A stretch of DNA of 64,000 nt. It comes from Raillietiella orientalis. Lineage: Eukaryota. Made by a program: the position numbers and the translations under genes. The notes beneath the pieces are model-generated. The model did not search any database. It worked only from the letters and a program-made list of their open reading frames with translations, and had not been told where the DNA came from. Where the stretch lies: the NCBI GenBank assembly GCA_036172245.1, contig JAYWIR010000004.1:2790001-2854000 (forward strand). The letters run 5' to 3'. Positions within the stretch are counted from its first letter, which is position 1. Each line of letters opens with the position of its first letter. Below are positions 50,601-63,198 of the stretch, in pieces.

Positions 50601-53600
50601 CAATAAAATCACCTACGTTAATAGGTTTTGTGGTAGTGGCATTAAATATACGCTTCAAACACATTCCATTAGCAAAGCAAAGGTAAAAAGACACAAGAAG
50701 ATACTTTCAGTATTTCAGGTAAAATCGGATGATGACATATCTGAGATAAGGTATGATGTAGGGAAAATTAAAAACAATTGAATTGGTTCACTAAAACAGA
50801 AAACTAGGGTATGAACATGCAAAGATAATAAATGTAATTGTGAGTACATGAATGGAAATCGAATTTAGAAAATTGCTGCAATGTGTACAGTAATTTTGAA
50901 TATACCCGTATCAATTAGATGAGCATTTAGTTAAAGTATAATCTCATGGCAAAAAAAGAATACACAATTCAATACGAGTATAATCCATCTATACGTATGT
51001 TATGTTTTACTCTGGTGTTGTCTACAGCATTTTATAATAAAAAACAGATTACTTTTAAAAATTTGTTCATATCTCTAATATGATTGGTTCAGTAAACTTT
51101 CTGTTTGGTGTTAACTGTTTCGGATTTTCTATTTGCAGCTTTTGTTTTCCAAGTGTCCAGCAGATAAGCATCCAATTGTGTTTCTAAAAGATGTGAAGTA
51201 TGATAATCTGAAATGTCTGCTTCATTACATGTATCATGGAGAAGTAAATGTATCTCAAGAGCAGTTGCCAGATCTTATAAGAGCTGCTGAAAGTTTGAAA
51301 ATTAAAGGATTGGCAGAGGATTCAGATGAGAAATCTAATCGAAGTTGTAAAGCTTTCAATGACTCCAAAGAAATTTCTAAAAATCCTCTTAGCAAAAAAG
51401 ATGACAGAATTTCAGATAGTATTTGTCCATCCAAGAAGTCAAAAATCAATTTGACTGTCCCCTTAGATTCTCAATGCTCTCCCGAAACTCCCTGTGAAGT
51501 TTCAGTGACCACACAAAGAATTGTCTCACCTTCAAATACATTCTCTACCCCTGCATATAATCCAGATAAATCAGAATTATCATTAACTTATAACCCTTGT
51601 CCAATAGATGAGAAATGTAATTCAAATTCAAAAACAAGTTCCAGTATTAAGGAGGAAATTTCGGTTGATGATGAAACAGTCTGCAAAACAAAGTTAGATC
51701 AAGAATTTTCCAATTTTTCTGAAAGTGATGATCCAGGTAATGTAAAAAATAAACTTAAATAAAGTTTGATTTACAAAATTGTAGTTTTGGAGGACTTTTG
51801 ATTTCTTTTGAATATTTATTAGATATTTGCTATGTGATTGTAGTTATGGCATGTTTTGTTCATTCCAGTTAATATCAAAGTCTTAATGACAGAAAATCAT
51901 TTCAGATAGCATGTTTCTCTTCTTGGATCTGAAAATACTTAATCAACCATTTCTTTTATAGGATATTCAAATTGGAGCCTTGATGTTGATCCTCATGTTA
52001 CTCCTTCTTTAATGGGACCAAATGATTCACAGCAAGGTAGGAAGGGATTAATTTCATTTGGATTGTATTTATTGAATAAATTAAATGCAAAGTTCCGTTC
52101 TTTTGTTGGCTTGAGACATAATTTATCGTTTTCTTTTGGCAAATGGAGGTATGTATTGTTAATTGCAAAGTAATTATTGTTAAAAGCTTGAAAAGCATAT
52201 AATGGCTTTTGGAAGAACGTATACGTATCACTATAAATATTCAAGTTGTAAAACGGTCTTGGGATGAATTATGTATGGTGTATATTTTTTTAGTACATGG
52301 TGTTTGTTTTAGTTAAAAGTAGTTGCGACCATGCAGATGCACATACAAAAAAAAAGTTTATCATTGCTTATGTTTTGCTTGCCCTGTTTCTTGATGTTCT
52401 AGCTTTGCTTCAATGAATTTTTATAAAAAGGTTCTTCGTGCTTGTGTATTAAAAAACGTTCTTACAATCTTAAGTGGAAATTTTAGAACAGTGATCTTGC
52501 CATTTATTCAGTATAGTAAAGCTATCAAGTCATTGGTTTCCTGTGAATTACATGGATGTTGATCACTGCAGATTCCAAGTTATTCTGCTGGTTCATTGTT
52601 ATCTGATTAAGTTCTTTCATGCTGTTTATTTATTTTTTTTTTTTTAATATTTTTTGTATCCTTCCCTCCATTGGATCATTAAAAACAGTCCTTGGAAGCG
52701 TTGTCTCTTAACTATTATAATTTCACGTTTGCGTTATCGAAAGTATCTCTGAATATCTGCTAATATGTAGGGTGGTGATTGTTCTTTAGTGGCATGGGAA
52801 TACTGTTTGACAACATTTCCCAAGGCTTAAGCACTCCACAATTGGTTCATAACAAAGGTATGTGTGGAATCAGATATGAAATATATATAAAGATACGAAA
52901 ATGAAATTTACAAAGGCTTACAGTAAACAAGAAGAATGACTTTGTGCAATGTGACTCTTGGATGTTTCACATGACAAGTGTGATTAAGTTGTCTTTCTCA
53001 TAATTACACATCACATTCAAGGTGATTACAAAAAAGCAGATACTTTTGCATGATCATTTCTCACTGTTTCATAAATGATTTAGTTGACTAACGCATTTAA
53101 ATAAGTGTGAGTACTGTGATTCATAATGCATGGATTAATACTTTCCATATTTGGTGAATTAGGTTTTAAAAAATAAATCACTAAATGCATGATTTTATAT
53201 AATATTGTTGGCATGTAATGTATATGTGTGTTTACTGAATATAAAAATTTACTGCCTAAAGGCATTTTATCACAAAATGAGAGAGACACTGTTTAGAGCA
53301 GGGAGGTACAAAGTTTAACCGTTTCCTGGAAAAGGCACGGAAAGCAAGATATTGAAGATGCAGTACAAAATTTCATGTTACCTTTCCAAGGAGCATGACT
53401 TGGTTTTGTAACAAATATCATGCCATGTTTGCCCCGAATCGTGCGAATGTTTAATTTTTAATGCAGCAGAAGGGTTGAGTACTGGGTGTTCACGTTACCA
53501 TAATTCAATTTTACATAGTTGTTGTGGATTTAGATTTAGATCATTTACTTAGCTCCTTGGGTAGAACGCGGAGTTGGTTACGACGGTCTGTTCATTGATA

Positions 53601-56600
53601 GGATGGTGATTATACCGCAATGAAGTTGATTCGGAAGACAAATTGGCGAGCAAAAAGATTGCCTCGTGATTAATTGTCTTTCATGAGGAAACATCATTAT
53701 TACTGCATGCCCTGTCTTTGTCAAAGCTTTCTTATTTGTAATGAATGTAGAAAATTAGTCCTTTTCCTTTATTTTTTGTAGCTTTGTCCTTCTATCTCGA
53801 AGAAGTTTTATGATTCTGTTTTCTTTCGAATTACGACGAGGTTGTGTGATCCCTTCACTTGGGATTCTGGATTTCTGACTGAACGTTCCCAATGTGGTAC
53901 TCCCGACTAATAGGTGCTTCCATCGTGGCTTCGGTCTAAGAGTTGCAGCAGTATCGAAGGATTCAGAGTGATTCGTATTTTTTGCGGCCGATTTTCTCGA
54001 TTTTTCCCTTAAACGGGCCACTGTTTATTTCAGGAAATAGTTCAATACTTTTGGCAATGCTTTCTTATCCACAAAACTCTTCTAGAAAGAATGGCGCGAA
54101 TTTTGTACCAAACTTGAAGAAGTGTTGCTCACACGGTTTTTGTTAGCGTGACTTTGGATTCATTTCGTTCTATAATCTGGAAAAGGCAAACCCAAGATCG
54201 ACTCCAAAGTGAATGTGCGAGGAATTGCTTTGCCTTTGGTCTTGGGAGCACTGAAAGTTCATTAAAGAAAGCTTTTTGGCTACGAACGTCCTAGAATAAG
54301 TATGCTAACTTTAGTTGCATATGGGTATTTATTTAAGTAGAATGCGGCAAGGTGTAGAATTTCGGGCTTCTATATTTGAAAGAGAGACGTGAATGAAGAA
54401 AACGCATCATTTAAACGAAAGGGTTACGAAAAGAAAGAAAGAAAAGGGTTTAGAAGCTTTTTTCGCTTTAAAAATGGCGAACGAAATTCATTTCAGAGCA
54501 GTAAAAGTAGGTCTTTGATGCCCAAGAATATCGGTGCACTTTAGTGTACCTCAGTTCATCTTAATATTGAATGCACATCGTGCCGATAGCACTTGAAATT
54601 CATGATATTGCGAAATTGGTTCAAATAACATATATTAGTTATGAATTGCTCGATGTGTAAAGCTGCCAAAAAGCAAAGCGAACGGTGGCTTAGAATCGGT
54701 CGCTACGTTGACTTCCACTAAGTACTCTTTCGAGGCCTAAGAAAAACATAGATAGGAGTTTGACGACGCACGTTGTGAATGAAAGCCCAAATCAAATTAG
54801 TTCGTACAATAAAGTTTTCGGTGTTTGGAAAAAGCCCAGCTGAAACGTTGAAATCTCAGTTAAATGCAAATTCCAGGTATCGTTTTGTTCAATCCGATTA
54901 TCCTGTTGAGGGGTATTTTGGTTACTCTGAATTCCTGCATGTTCCTGGGTGTGCACTTGTGTAGTTGTTTCCATGGTGGCATTCCCGTGTTGTTCGAGTT
55001 CGGGAATACACTTCCTCTTAACTCTCGAGATCGCATTCGTAGTAATGACGTTTCGCTCCCTTTGTCATCCTTTATGGTGCGAATGTGTGTGTCAGAGTAG
55101 TTTCCACACATTACAAAGGTTACATCATTAACAAGGGTAGTTTTGCTTTTTTCCATGGTGCTCATTAAAAACCTCTTTTAAGGAGGAAAGCACACCGCAT
55201 AAGAAAACTTGTGAAAATCTTCCCCAGTAACAACGCATATGTCCATCCCTCCGGTCAGTATCGCGGATTCGGCGACCACTGCTTTTTCCAAGTTTGGCAG
55301 TCAAGTTGCAGTCAACTTCCAAGTCATGATGGCGGCGGCGTTGTCATGGCTGGACAATTCGTTGCATATCACCGTGTTTCAGTACAGCGTCGGCACCAGT
55401 CTTCCCATTGGGTCCGTTGCGGAGGACAAATAGCCCCCCGGCGTTCGCGATGCTGTGGGTTTCGCAGATTGCTGGCGGTTCGACCTCTTCGGGGTTCGCG
55501 TGAGCATCACTGCGAGATCATTCGACATCGTCTCGCATTCCCACGAAAATCCGGGAATTCGTGAGCGCTCACTGCGGGAATTCGCCCGAGGAGGGAGTGC
55601 GGACCGATGATCATGGGCGAGACTCCAGGGAAACAGCTTCATGCAGTTTCCTAGAATACGAGGTACAAAAAAAAGTGCGGTGAACCTGTGGTCGCTTGCG
55701 GGAATTTCTTCGATTGATTCTTTGGCATACGCTTTTGGCAAAGCGACTCTGTTTCAGGCATTTGAAGCATTTTCTAAAAACTTCATCTCACTTCGATGAA
55801 GTTTCAGAAATGATCTCACGATGCGGGATCGCTTGAACCGAGATGAAATATTCCAGAAACTGGACGAAGAAGAAAATTAGAGGAACCAAGAATAATTAGA
55901 ATTTTTACTTTGCTGTTCTTGTGTTTGAGTTCCAATACTGATCTTTTCGATATACATTTAAGCACAGATTTCTCGGCATCTTAATTTCATTGGCCGTTTT
56001 GTTTCCAGTATATCGCAGCTCTGCCCCCGCCCCATCGTCTCCTCGTTTATAGCTTATCCCTAAAAATATTTTGACTAATCAAACTAGACATTAGCGCGCC
56101 ACCTCATTATTTTCCCCTTTATTATCATGCTTCATTTCGATTTATCTTAAAGGAAGAAAGATTGAATCTGTTTCTGCCTTGCTGTTGTTTTGACTTACCT
56201 CGTGAAGCGCTTGTAATGGTAATTCAAGGAACAGAAGTTTCACGAAATGGCTTGTAAAATTCAAAAAGACATTTTTATGTCGGAAAGGATTGATTCTGTT
56301 TTGATCACAGCACTGCTGTAAAGACGAAAAATCGACGTGTTCCCGAAATTGTCCTTTGCGCTTCTTTCTCGCTATTGCGTCCCGCATCCTGCTCCCTCCA
56401 TTTGTGAGAGAGATTTACGGCTCGGAAGTTTCTTAAAGTCATATCTATCCTTCCCTTTGCTGCTCGACTCCGTTCCATTAGCAAAAGGTCATAAAATGGT
56501 TGTGCCACATAGCCAGAAGGTTGCGAAAGGTCCCGAAATTCTTTCACAACGTTGTCCTCCTTCCCGTGAATTCCCTCTGAAAAGGAGGTGCTTCCAATCT

Positions 56601-59433
56601 TCTGTACCGACTTCATGATCGTGTACCTCTTCACTTTTTTTTACACACGCCGTGTCCTGTCCATCGGGGTAGGAATTATCCAAAGTTTCTATTCGCCCAG
56701 CTCACCGTAGCAATGCAATGTTCGATGTCTGGCAGTTACTTTATCCATAGATCGGTATAGCACGCGGGCGATTTTAACAAAGAGAACTGACCGAAGCATT
56801 TAAGTGGAACGTATCTTCTTCTCCGCCGGGTGCGCGACCTCTCAAAGCGTGTGTGTGTATGTGTTTCGTTCTGCTTGTGAGTTTCGCAATTGATTGATTG
56901 CTTTTCCTGGATGTCTTCACGATGCCTCACCGGGGGCCGGAAGCTTTTTTCTTGCAGCAGCTAGCTATCTAGCTTTCCTTGCTTATTACATTGCGATCTC
57001 TTTGCCTGTTCCCGTGGGATGGTTGGCGTGTGAGCGTCTAAACGGCAAAGTAGAGACGAATATGCCTTTTTCCTTCCCTCTTTGCTTCAGACACGGCTTT
57101 CCCGGTCGGATGCGTACATCCCAATTCGCACCATTTGCGTATCCGTCAAGTGCACGTCATGCAGAAATCATAACACTTCGCAGGCGCAGTGCTGCAGCAG
57201 ATGGAGAAGGGAAAGCAGAAACAGTAAATAGTAAACTCAGCAGCAGTGAAATCGTTCTAAGGTCCGAGAATAAGGAATGCCTTAGGATGCAACGGTCACA
57301 CGTTAGGTCTCGAGATTCCACGTCCAAAGGAGAAAATGCTAGAGTTTTTTTGTTTTTTGTTTGTTTGTTTTTTTTTTTTTGCGTTCGCAAGGTGGAAGGT
57401 TTCCATGTTGAGTCCTTGAGCTTTGTAAAAGCACCAGAATCGATTGTACCAGAATCAAAGTGGAACGAGAGTTTGCGACAAGTTGTGTTAATTTTTCGAA
57501 ACGAGCACCACTTGCAAAGAGGATGTAACACCGCTGAGGTGTCCAGGCTAAACTTCCAGCATGGGGACAGTTTGCTTTGAAAGCACCGTCTGCAAAAATT
57601 CACTCTGCTCGTGTCTTCCTGTACGTGGGGATCTGTGTGAGCGGCAGAGTCTGATGGAACCGTTCGTCTGTGCCAAATATTTTCGGGATTGCTTCAGGGT
57701 TTCCGGATCGGAAGATCGAAAAGAAGGCGCAGTCGCGCTCTTCCCATCGAAAACAACGGAAGATTACAGATCGGGATCGCCACAGTTTTGTCAGATGTGC
57801 AGTTGGCGTGGAATTCGATTATGACATTGTAATTCGTCTTCTCTTCTGCATTTGGCATTTTTGTCTTTTTCTTTTCTTTCATTCATCATTACGCCTTCAT
57901 AAGAACGCATGCAAAGTCTCCTGGCAGCGTTAGTTGCATCGTGATATTATGACACGGTTTTAGATAATAGGTCAGGAGCACATGCAGTTTTGTCGTGTAT
58001 GTATACAATTTCGAAATTAAGAACAGTGAAAAGATTGATTTTCGTTGACACAAGGAGGACTCCTTGTCGAGGTGCTGTTTGTGTGTAAGAAAGTTCAGCA
58101 CTGATTACAGAAGCAAAAAGACTTTTTCGCCCTGTTTAATGTAAACTGCAGATTATCTCAAGTGTTGGTAGTCATTTACAGTCCCTCTTCCCTCTAGCCC
58201 CTCCTTTTTTTTAAAAAAAAAAAAGGAAAAAGAGACTTTGGTTGAGTTGGGATGTTACGGGAAGAGTTCCATGACGACGGCAACTAGGGGAGCCGATAGC
58301 GGGAAGAATTGGAACCAAAGGGCTTAATATTTTTGCTTTGCTCAGCGTTTCTGTTGAATGTAGCGAAATAAAAAATAAAAAAGTCAGGAAGAGCTGTAGT
58401 TTCAGTCTAGTTCCCGATTTATGGGGGGTACGGGAAGGAATGTCTGTCACCCTTGTCTGTTGGTGTCGGCACCAAATTTCGAAATGGTGGTTCATCTTCG
58501 AGTGTTCATCTTATCGGGAGCGGCGCTCAGTAATTAGTAAGCCCTTGTGCTAAGGTTACACGTGACCTCGTGCAGTATGCTGATGAGGTCATCGCTGACT
58601 GATTTGCGTCTACGAAACCCCAAGAAAATACCTCGATTTTCCCCGTGTTCGCTTGCAAAATAAGGTGGTCAGCTCGTCGTGTTATCGCCCCAAGTTGTTG
58701 TGTTTTTGACCTTTTGTTATGCAGTGAATGTCGATGCCACATCAACTTTGTGGAAAGTTTCTGCCGTTTTTTTCTAAAAAGATTTTTTTCTAATGACACT
58801 TTCATTTTAGGTGAGCATTATTCATTTCGATGTTCGATAAATGATTCCATCGTAAAATACCGTTGCCAGCAGTGTGGACGTGTGTATGTGACAAAAAACT
58901 CTTTATTACGGCACATCCGTTACGAATGTGGGAACAAAAAAACTTTTTCGTGCTTAGTATGTGAGAAGAAATTTTGTCATAATTTCCTACTTACTAAACA
59001 CATGAGACAGCATCAAATGTTTTAAAAGCAATTATACAAAAGTAAGTTGTTTTGCAATTGTTTTATACAATATGTATCAGTGCAATGTTAAATAATATAT
59101 TCGGGGCATTCAGGATTCATAACAACAACAGCAAAATTACTTTCCATGTTCTCATAGTATATTAACAGAAAGACAAAATGCAGTCTCCGTCTGAACGCGG
59201 ACAAAAGTAAGGTGGATGACTGCTCTTGAACGCCATACCTCACTTGTTCCCCCCTCTCCCTCCCCCTCCCCGTGCCCTCCCCCATCTGGTGGCTTGCATT
59301 AAATGGAAATTTCGAAAAGAAAAGCCGTGTGCAAATAAACAGTGTCTAACGATTTTGCAAAATGATTGAAACTGAAAAAGAGATGAATGGCAAATAGCAA
59401 GAAGCTCTCACGATCCTTGGTCCGTAGGAAAAT

Positions 59434-59471
<38 letters not shown>

Positions 59472-61595
59472 ATGTGTGTGTGTGTGCTTGCAAAGCTGCA
59501 CCTTCATAACTGTACGTGGCGTCAGAGGTGACAGTGTATGCTTCTTCTTCTTCTTCTTCAAAAGGCATGATTTTTCACACAGTAAGCAAATTGTTTTGTA
59601 GTGAGTTTTGGTCAGTCTTCAGCAGGCCCACCGCGTGCATAGTCGCTCACAACGGTCTGTCGGGAAAAAAGTTGCTGGTTTCTCTTTCCCAGAAAATTGG
59701 GGGTCAGGGTTTAGGAACGGTCGAGTATTCGAGTGATGCAAGCGCAGTTTGGGGGGGGGGGGGACTGAAAATCGCGTGGTTCAAAGGAAACCCTTCCGCC
59801 TGTTGCACGGGAGGGAGGGAGGGAACTCTTCCCCGTTTCGCCTTGCTTCTTGCCTCAGGTCTGCCAGAGGGCACTTTTCTAAACGCATCTTTGCCCAGGC
59901 CAGGAACCACAACGAAAAGTTAGCCGCTCTCGTGGAAATTTAAGTCGGACACTCGGGCAAATCTGCTCCCGAAAGGATCGACACTCCGGTAGACTCGACA
60001 CAAGTAATGAAGTGTGTATTTGTAAACAAAACAAAAAAAAACAAAAAAAATGGATCACAGTCGATGAATTCTCCAAAACCGCCATCAGTGAAAACTGTGT
60101 TTCGTTTTCGTCTTTATGAATTACGTTTGCTTTCTCCCTTTGCTTAACGTTTGCCTTGCCGTTGTTTTGGAAGAGAGCGAGCAGCGCATTGTGCATCTGT
60201 GATTGTGAATTCCCGAGGCTTTCCACGAGTTTTCCGGATAGAGGGAATGGCAACCAACGTCCACGTTGCTTGTCTTGGACTTGTAATGATGGCGTTTTTG
60301 TGGGCTGTGGTCCGGTCGAGGCGTTTTTTTTGTTTTTTTTTAGTATCATGGCTGTAGGATTGCTTCGTCGTGTTTTAAGGTGAATCATCATGTATTGAAT
60401 GATTTTATTGTGTTTGGTTTTTTTTTTTTTTTTTTTTTTTTCTAATCTAGCTTTTCATTTAGGTGGTTTGCAGAACAGTCAGAATTATGCTTGTATTTCT
60501 ACTCCCGAAGGACAAAGATTTGCCTGTGCCAAATGTCGACGGGCATACAAACGTAAGGAATCACTGATCCGCCACATTCGCTACGAATGTGGCAATCTCA
60601 AACGATTCATGTGTGGAGAATGTGGAAAACGATTTACCCACAGATTCAATGCTCAGGTGCATTTCAGAGTTGTCCACTCCCAATGTGAAAATTCAAAGTG
60701 CTGTCTTGTTGTTACAACATGAATGTTTTTCGAATCCATTACTTTTTTCTCATTGACGCGTTTTCAAAAGAAAGTTATGCGTGAAAATTTTGTGATTCGG
60801 TTTTTCCTTTTTGTAGAAGCTCTTTATACAAAATAAAGATATCCATACGTAATTCATGTTGTGCCCTTTTTATTTGGGGTTCGTAGTGAACCAGTGATGG
60901 GGAGCCACTCCGTGGTGTGCCGCAAACGTGACTTTCTCCGCGCCAGGCACGCATGCGTATGCGTGCGCAGGTCTGCGCAGGCACACACCGCAAGGGCACC
61001 CTGGCGCACGCGCCCACGCATGTGTGGTTGGTTGTGTATGGGACAAGGGATCGTTGTTCTCATTCATATATGTGACAGTTGCGATTGCCATTGTGCTCAT
61101 GCTACTTGTAACTGATGTTTCTGTTCTTAAAATTGTTTCTGTAAACTCCGTTCTGCAATCAGTTGACCTTTGCCAAGCTTCTCAAAATGCCTGTCCGCTT
61201 CCGAGATCCCTTTTTCTACAGCTGAAAAATGGAAAGTTTGTAACTTCTTCTCATGATTGCCCACTTATATTTCAGTTGACCGGTTATCGTCTAAGTACAC
61301 TATCATCGATTCCCCGAATGGAAACGTATCTTTTGCCTGCATTGCATGCCATAGGACTTACCGCGTCAAGAGCGCAGTTGTACGTCACGTACGTTATGAG
61401 TGTGGTAACAGAAAGTGCTTTCGGTGTCCGGACTGCTGCAAATCTTTTGCCCAGAAGCCTCAGTTGTCTTCTCATATTTTGTCCATTCATAACAAAAAGA
61501 CTACGATTGACAATCCATGTCCTGAATGCTCTTTAATGTTCAAAGATAAGCTGGAGCTGAAAAATCATCTTCACTTGGAACATTACCAAATATGA
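47497..61595 (+). CDS. lola: longitudinals lacking (lola)-like Tramtrack-group BTB zinc-finger transcription factor with alternative terminal exons
   Basis: Constant exons 47497-47664, 51139-51736 and 51962-52036 (841 nt, phase-1 donor) join in frame to 58811-59025 (351 aa), 60463-60722 (366 aa) or 61276-61595 (386 aa). TTK-type BTB domain plus the lola-signature RHxRYECG C2HC finger followed by a C2H2 finger. Orthology to lola versus a paralog is an inference. Confidence 0.85.
51139..51736 (+). CDS. lola: lola-like constant coding exon 2 (BTB C-terminal half plus Ser/Lys-rich linker)
   Basis: tttgcag|LLFSKCPADKHPIVFLKDVKYDNLKCLLHYMYHGEVNVSQEQLPDLIRAAESLKIKGLAE...; ends CAG|gtaatg (phase 1). 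Confidence 0.92.
51962..52036 (+). CDS. lola: lola-like last constant exon (75 nt, phase 1-1)
   Basis: ttcttttatag|(G)YSNWSLDVDPHVTPSLMGPNDSQQ(G)|gtagga; open and frame-preserving. Not in the ORF track. Confidence 0.75.
58811..59025 (+). CDS. lola: lola-like variable terminal exon V1 (C2HC + C2H2)
   Basis: ttcattttag|...YRCQQCGRVYVTKNSLLRHIRYECGNKKTFSCLVCEKKFCHNFLLTKHMRQHQMF*; phase 1; AATAAA at 59334. Confidence 0.88.
60463..60722 (+). CDS. lola: lola-like variable terminal exon V2 (C2HC + C2H2)
   Basis: ctaat...cttttcatttag|...FACAKCRRAYKRKESLIRHIRYECGNLKRFMCGECGKRFTHRFNAQVHFRVVH...*; phase 1; AATAAA at 60832. Confidence 0.88.
61276..61595 (+). CDS. lola: lola-like variable terminal exon V3 (C2HC + two C2H2)
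   Basis: tatttcag|...FACIACHRTYRVKSAVVRHVRYECGNRKCFRCPDCCKSFAQKPQLSSHILSIH...CPECSLMFKDKLELKNHLHLEH..*; phase 1; ATTAAA at 61652. Confidence 0.88.
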
Positions 61596-62307
61596 AGCAC
61601 AGCATCAGCGACGAAACGATGATCAGATCGGTGAAATGAAAAACCGTGCTCATTAAAATAAGAATGATAACTTAATAACTTTGATTACGATTATAGAATA
61701 GAACCCATTGAAAACACGTGTCATCAGTAAGGAAGAGCAATGCACTCATCCATCTCCTGTGTGTTTTCTTGGAACAGCGTGTTTTTAAAACGGTGATCTC
61801 GTCGGAATAATATGTTTGTGTGTATACATGCATATGTATGTACATTTTGAATATATTTGTAAGTTTTCCAAGTTCATTTCATTTCTCGGAACGAGTACGG
61901 TTATGTTGCAAAAGCTTGGAATTTTTTCCCGTAAAGAACTTGATGTGAAAGTGTTTACACGATGGGGCAGAAGCCGCGTCCCCCGTGAGATCCTCTGCGA
62001 ATCTCACACATGGATCCTGAATTCATGCAGGCAAACCTCGCCTGCCTTCGTGGGCGAACATTCCCCACTCCAGGAAATGCTGTGAGGATGTGTAGAGTAC
62101 ACCACAACTCGATGATAGCCAATCGGGCCACAGTTTGTTACCGGTGGCAATTCAAAAAAAGATAAACTCAGTACTGTTCGTTTTGAGGTCTACCGACAAA
62201 CATGATTGGTCTTATTCTTTGGACACGCTCACAACTGTACACAGATTCTTTGATTCGTTCCGCCCGAAAGTTTTGGAACGGCAGTGACGTCAAACTCGGG
62301 AGAGTGT

Positions 62308-62330
62308 TGTGTGTGTGTGTGTGTGTGTGT
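62308..62330. repeat. (TG)n microsatellite
   Basis: Direct reading. Confidence 0.9.
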
Positions 62331-63198
62331 TGCGTGTCATGTCCGGAGTCCATCATTCTCAAATTTAGATTCTGGTCTGCGTGCCAGCCTCATCGGGAGG
62401 GTTAGAACATACTTTTTAGAGGGAAGCCACAGACTGAGAACCGAAATTTAGGTCCCCCGCAGTCTCCGAAAGAGTCTTCATTTAGTATGAAAAGTCTTTT
62501 CTCGTTGGGCTTGATTCATGTATCCGGAAGTTTCGAGCAAGTTCTATTTCACACAAGCCTGGCAGGAGTTTACTAATAAATTCCACTAAAGTTTCATAAT
62601 TGAAAATGCGCCGTTGATTGGTTCATGCTTTGAACAGAATCATTCAGGATCTCCCACATACGAATTTCAGTTTTTTTTTTTTTTTTAAATCTGAAGGTCG
62701 TGGCTTTTCATGGTGAACGCTTCATCTCCAACACGCTGTTAAACTCAAGTACATCATGAATTATTTTTCGGCAGTTTGTTTACGAGATATAGTCTGTGGC
62801 TGTTTGTGCTCTGAGAAGCAAAATCGAGCAAATTCGCGGCAGCCGAATGCAGATGAAAGTGCCTTCTGATCTTTCTTCTTCTTTTCATAAAGCAAGAGTG
62901 GTAGAGCATTTCCAAAGTATTTTTTCTAGCACTCTAAAATTTTCTTTCCGATTTTGTTCTTCATGGAAAACTTCTGATAAAATATTTTGGAAAACAACAA
63001 CGAGGATGTTTCGTGTCGTCCAACCCATGTGATGCATTCATGAGCATCTTTTCCGTCGGTGGCCAATGTCCTCTCTGCGGCATGCAGAGCGCTAATCGGT
63101 TTGTTGCTCCGAAATGAACGACGGAAAACTCCCGGAGCAATGTGAAAAGTATGCTGGAGATTCGAATCTCTTACCATGGCGTTCCAGCTTGGCTTCAG

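Noticed and set aside
54779..57933. ORFs in the lola-like long intron (e.g. 56894-57580, 228 aa; 55379-55741)
   Set aside because: No recognisable domain or finger pattern; 56894-57580 runs through a poly-T tract. No opposite-strand zinc-finger exon was seen by eye.
57971..58150. Additional zinc-finger exon (QEHMQFCRVC*; CLCVRKF; KKTFS)
   Set aside because: Early stop, no His ligands and motifs in different frames; the 15/16-nt match to V1 is too short to support a call.
63158..63171. tRNA T-arm-like gagattcgaatctc
   Set aside because: Only a 14-bp palindrome; lacks the G before TTC and no cloverleaf can be built.
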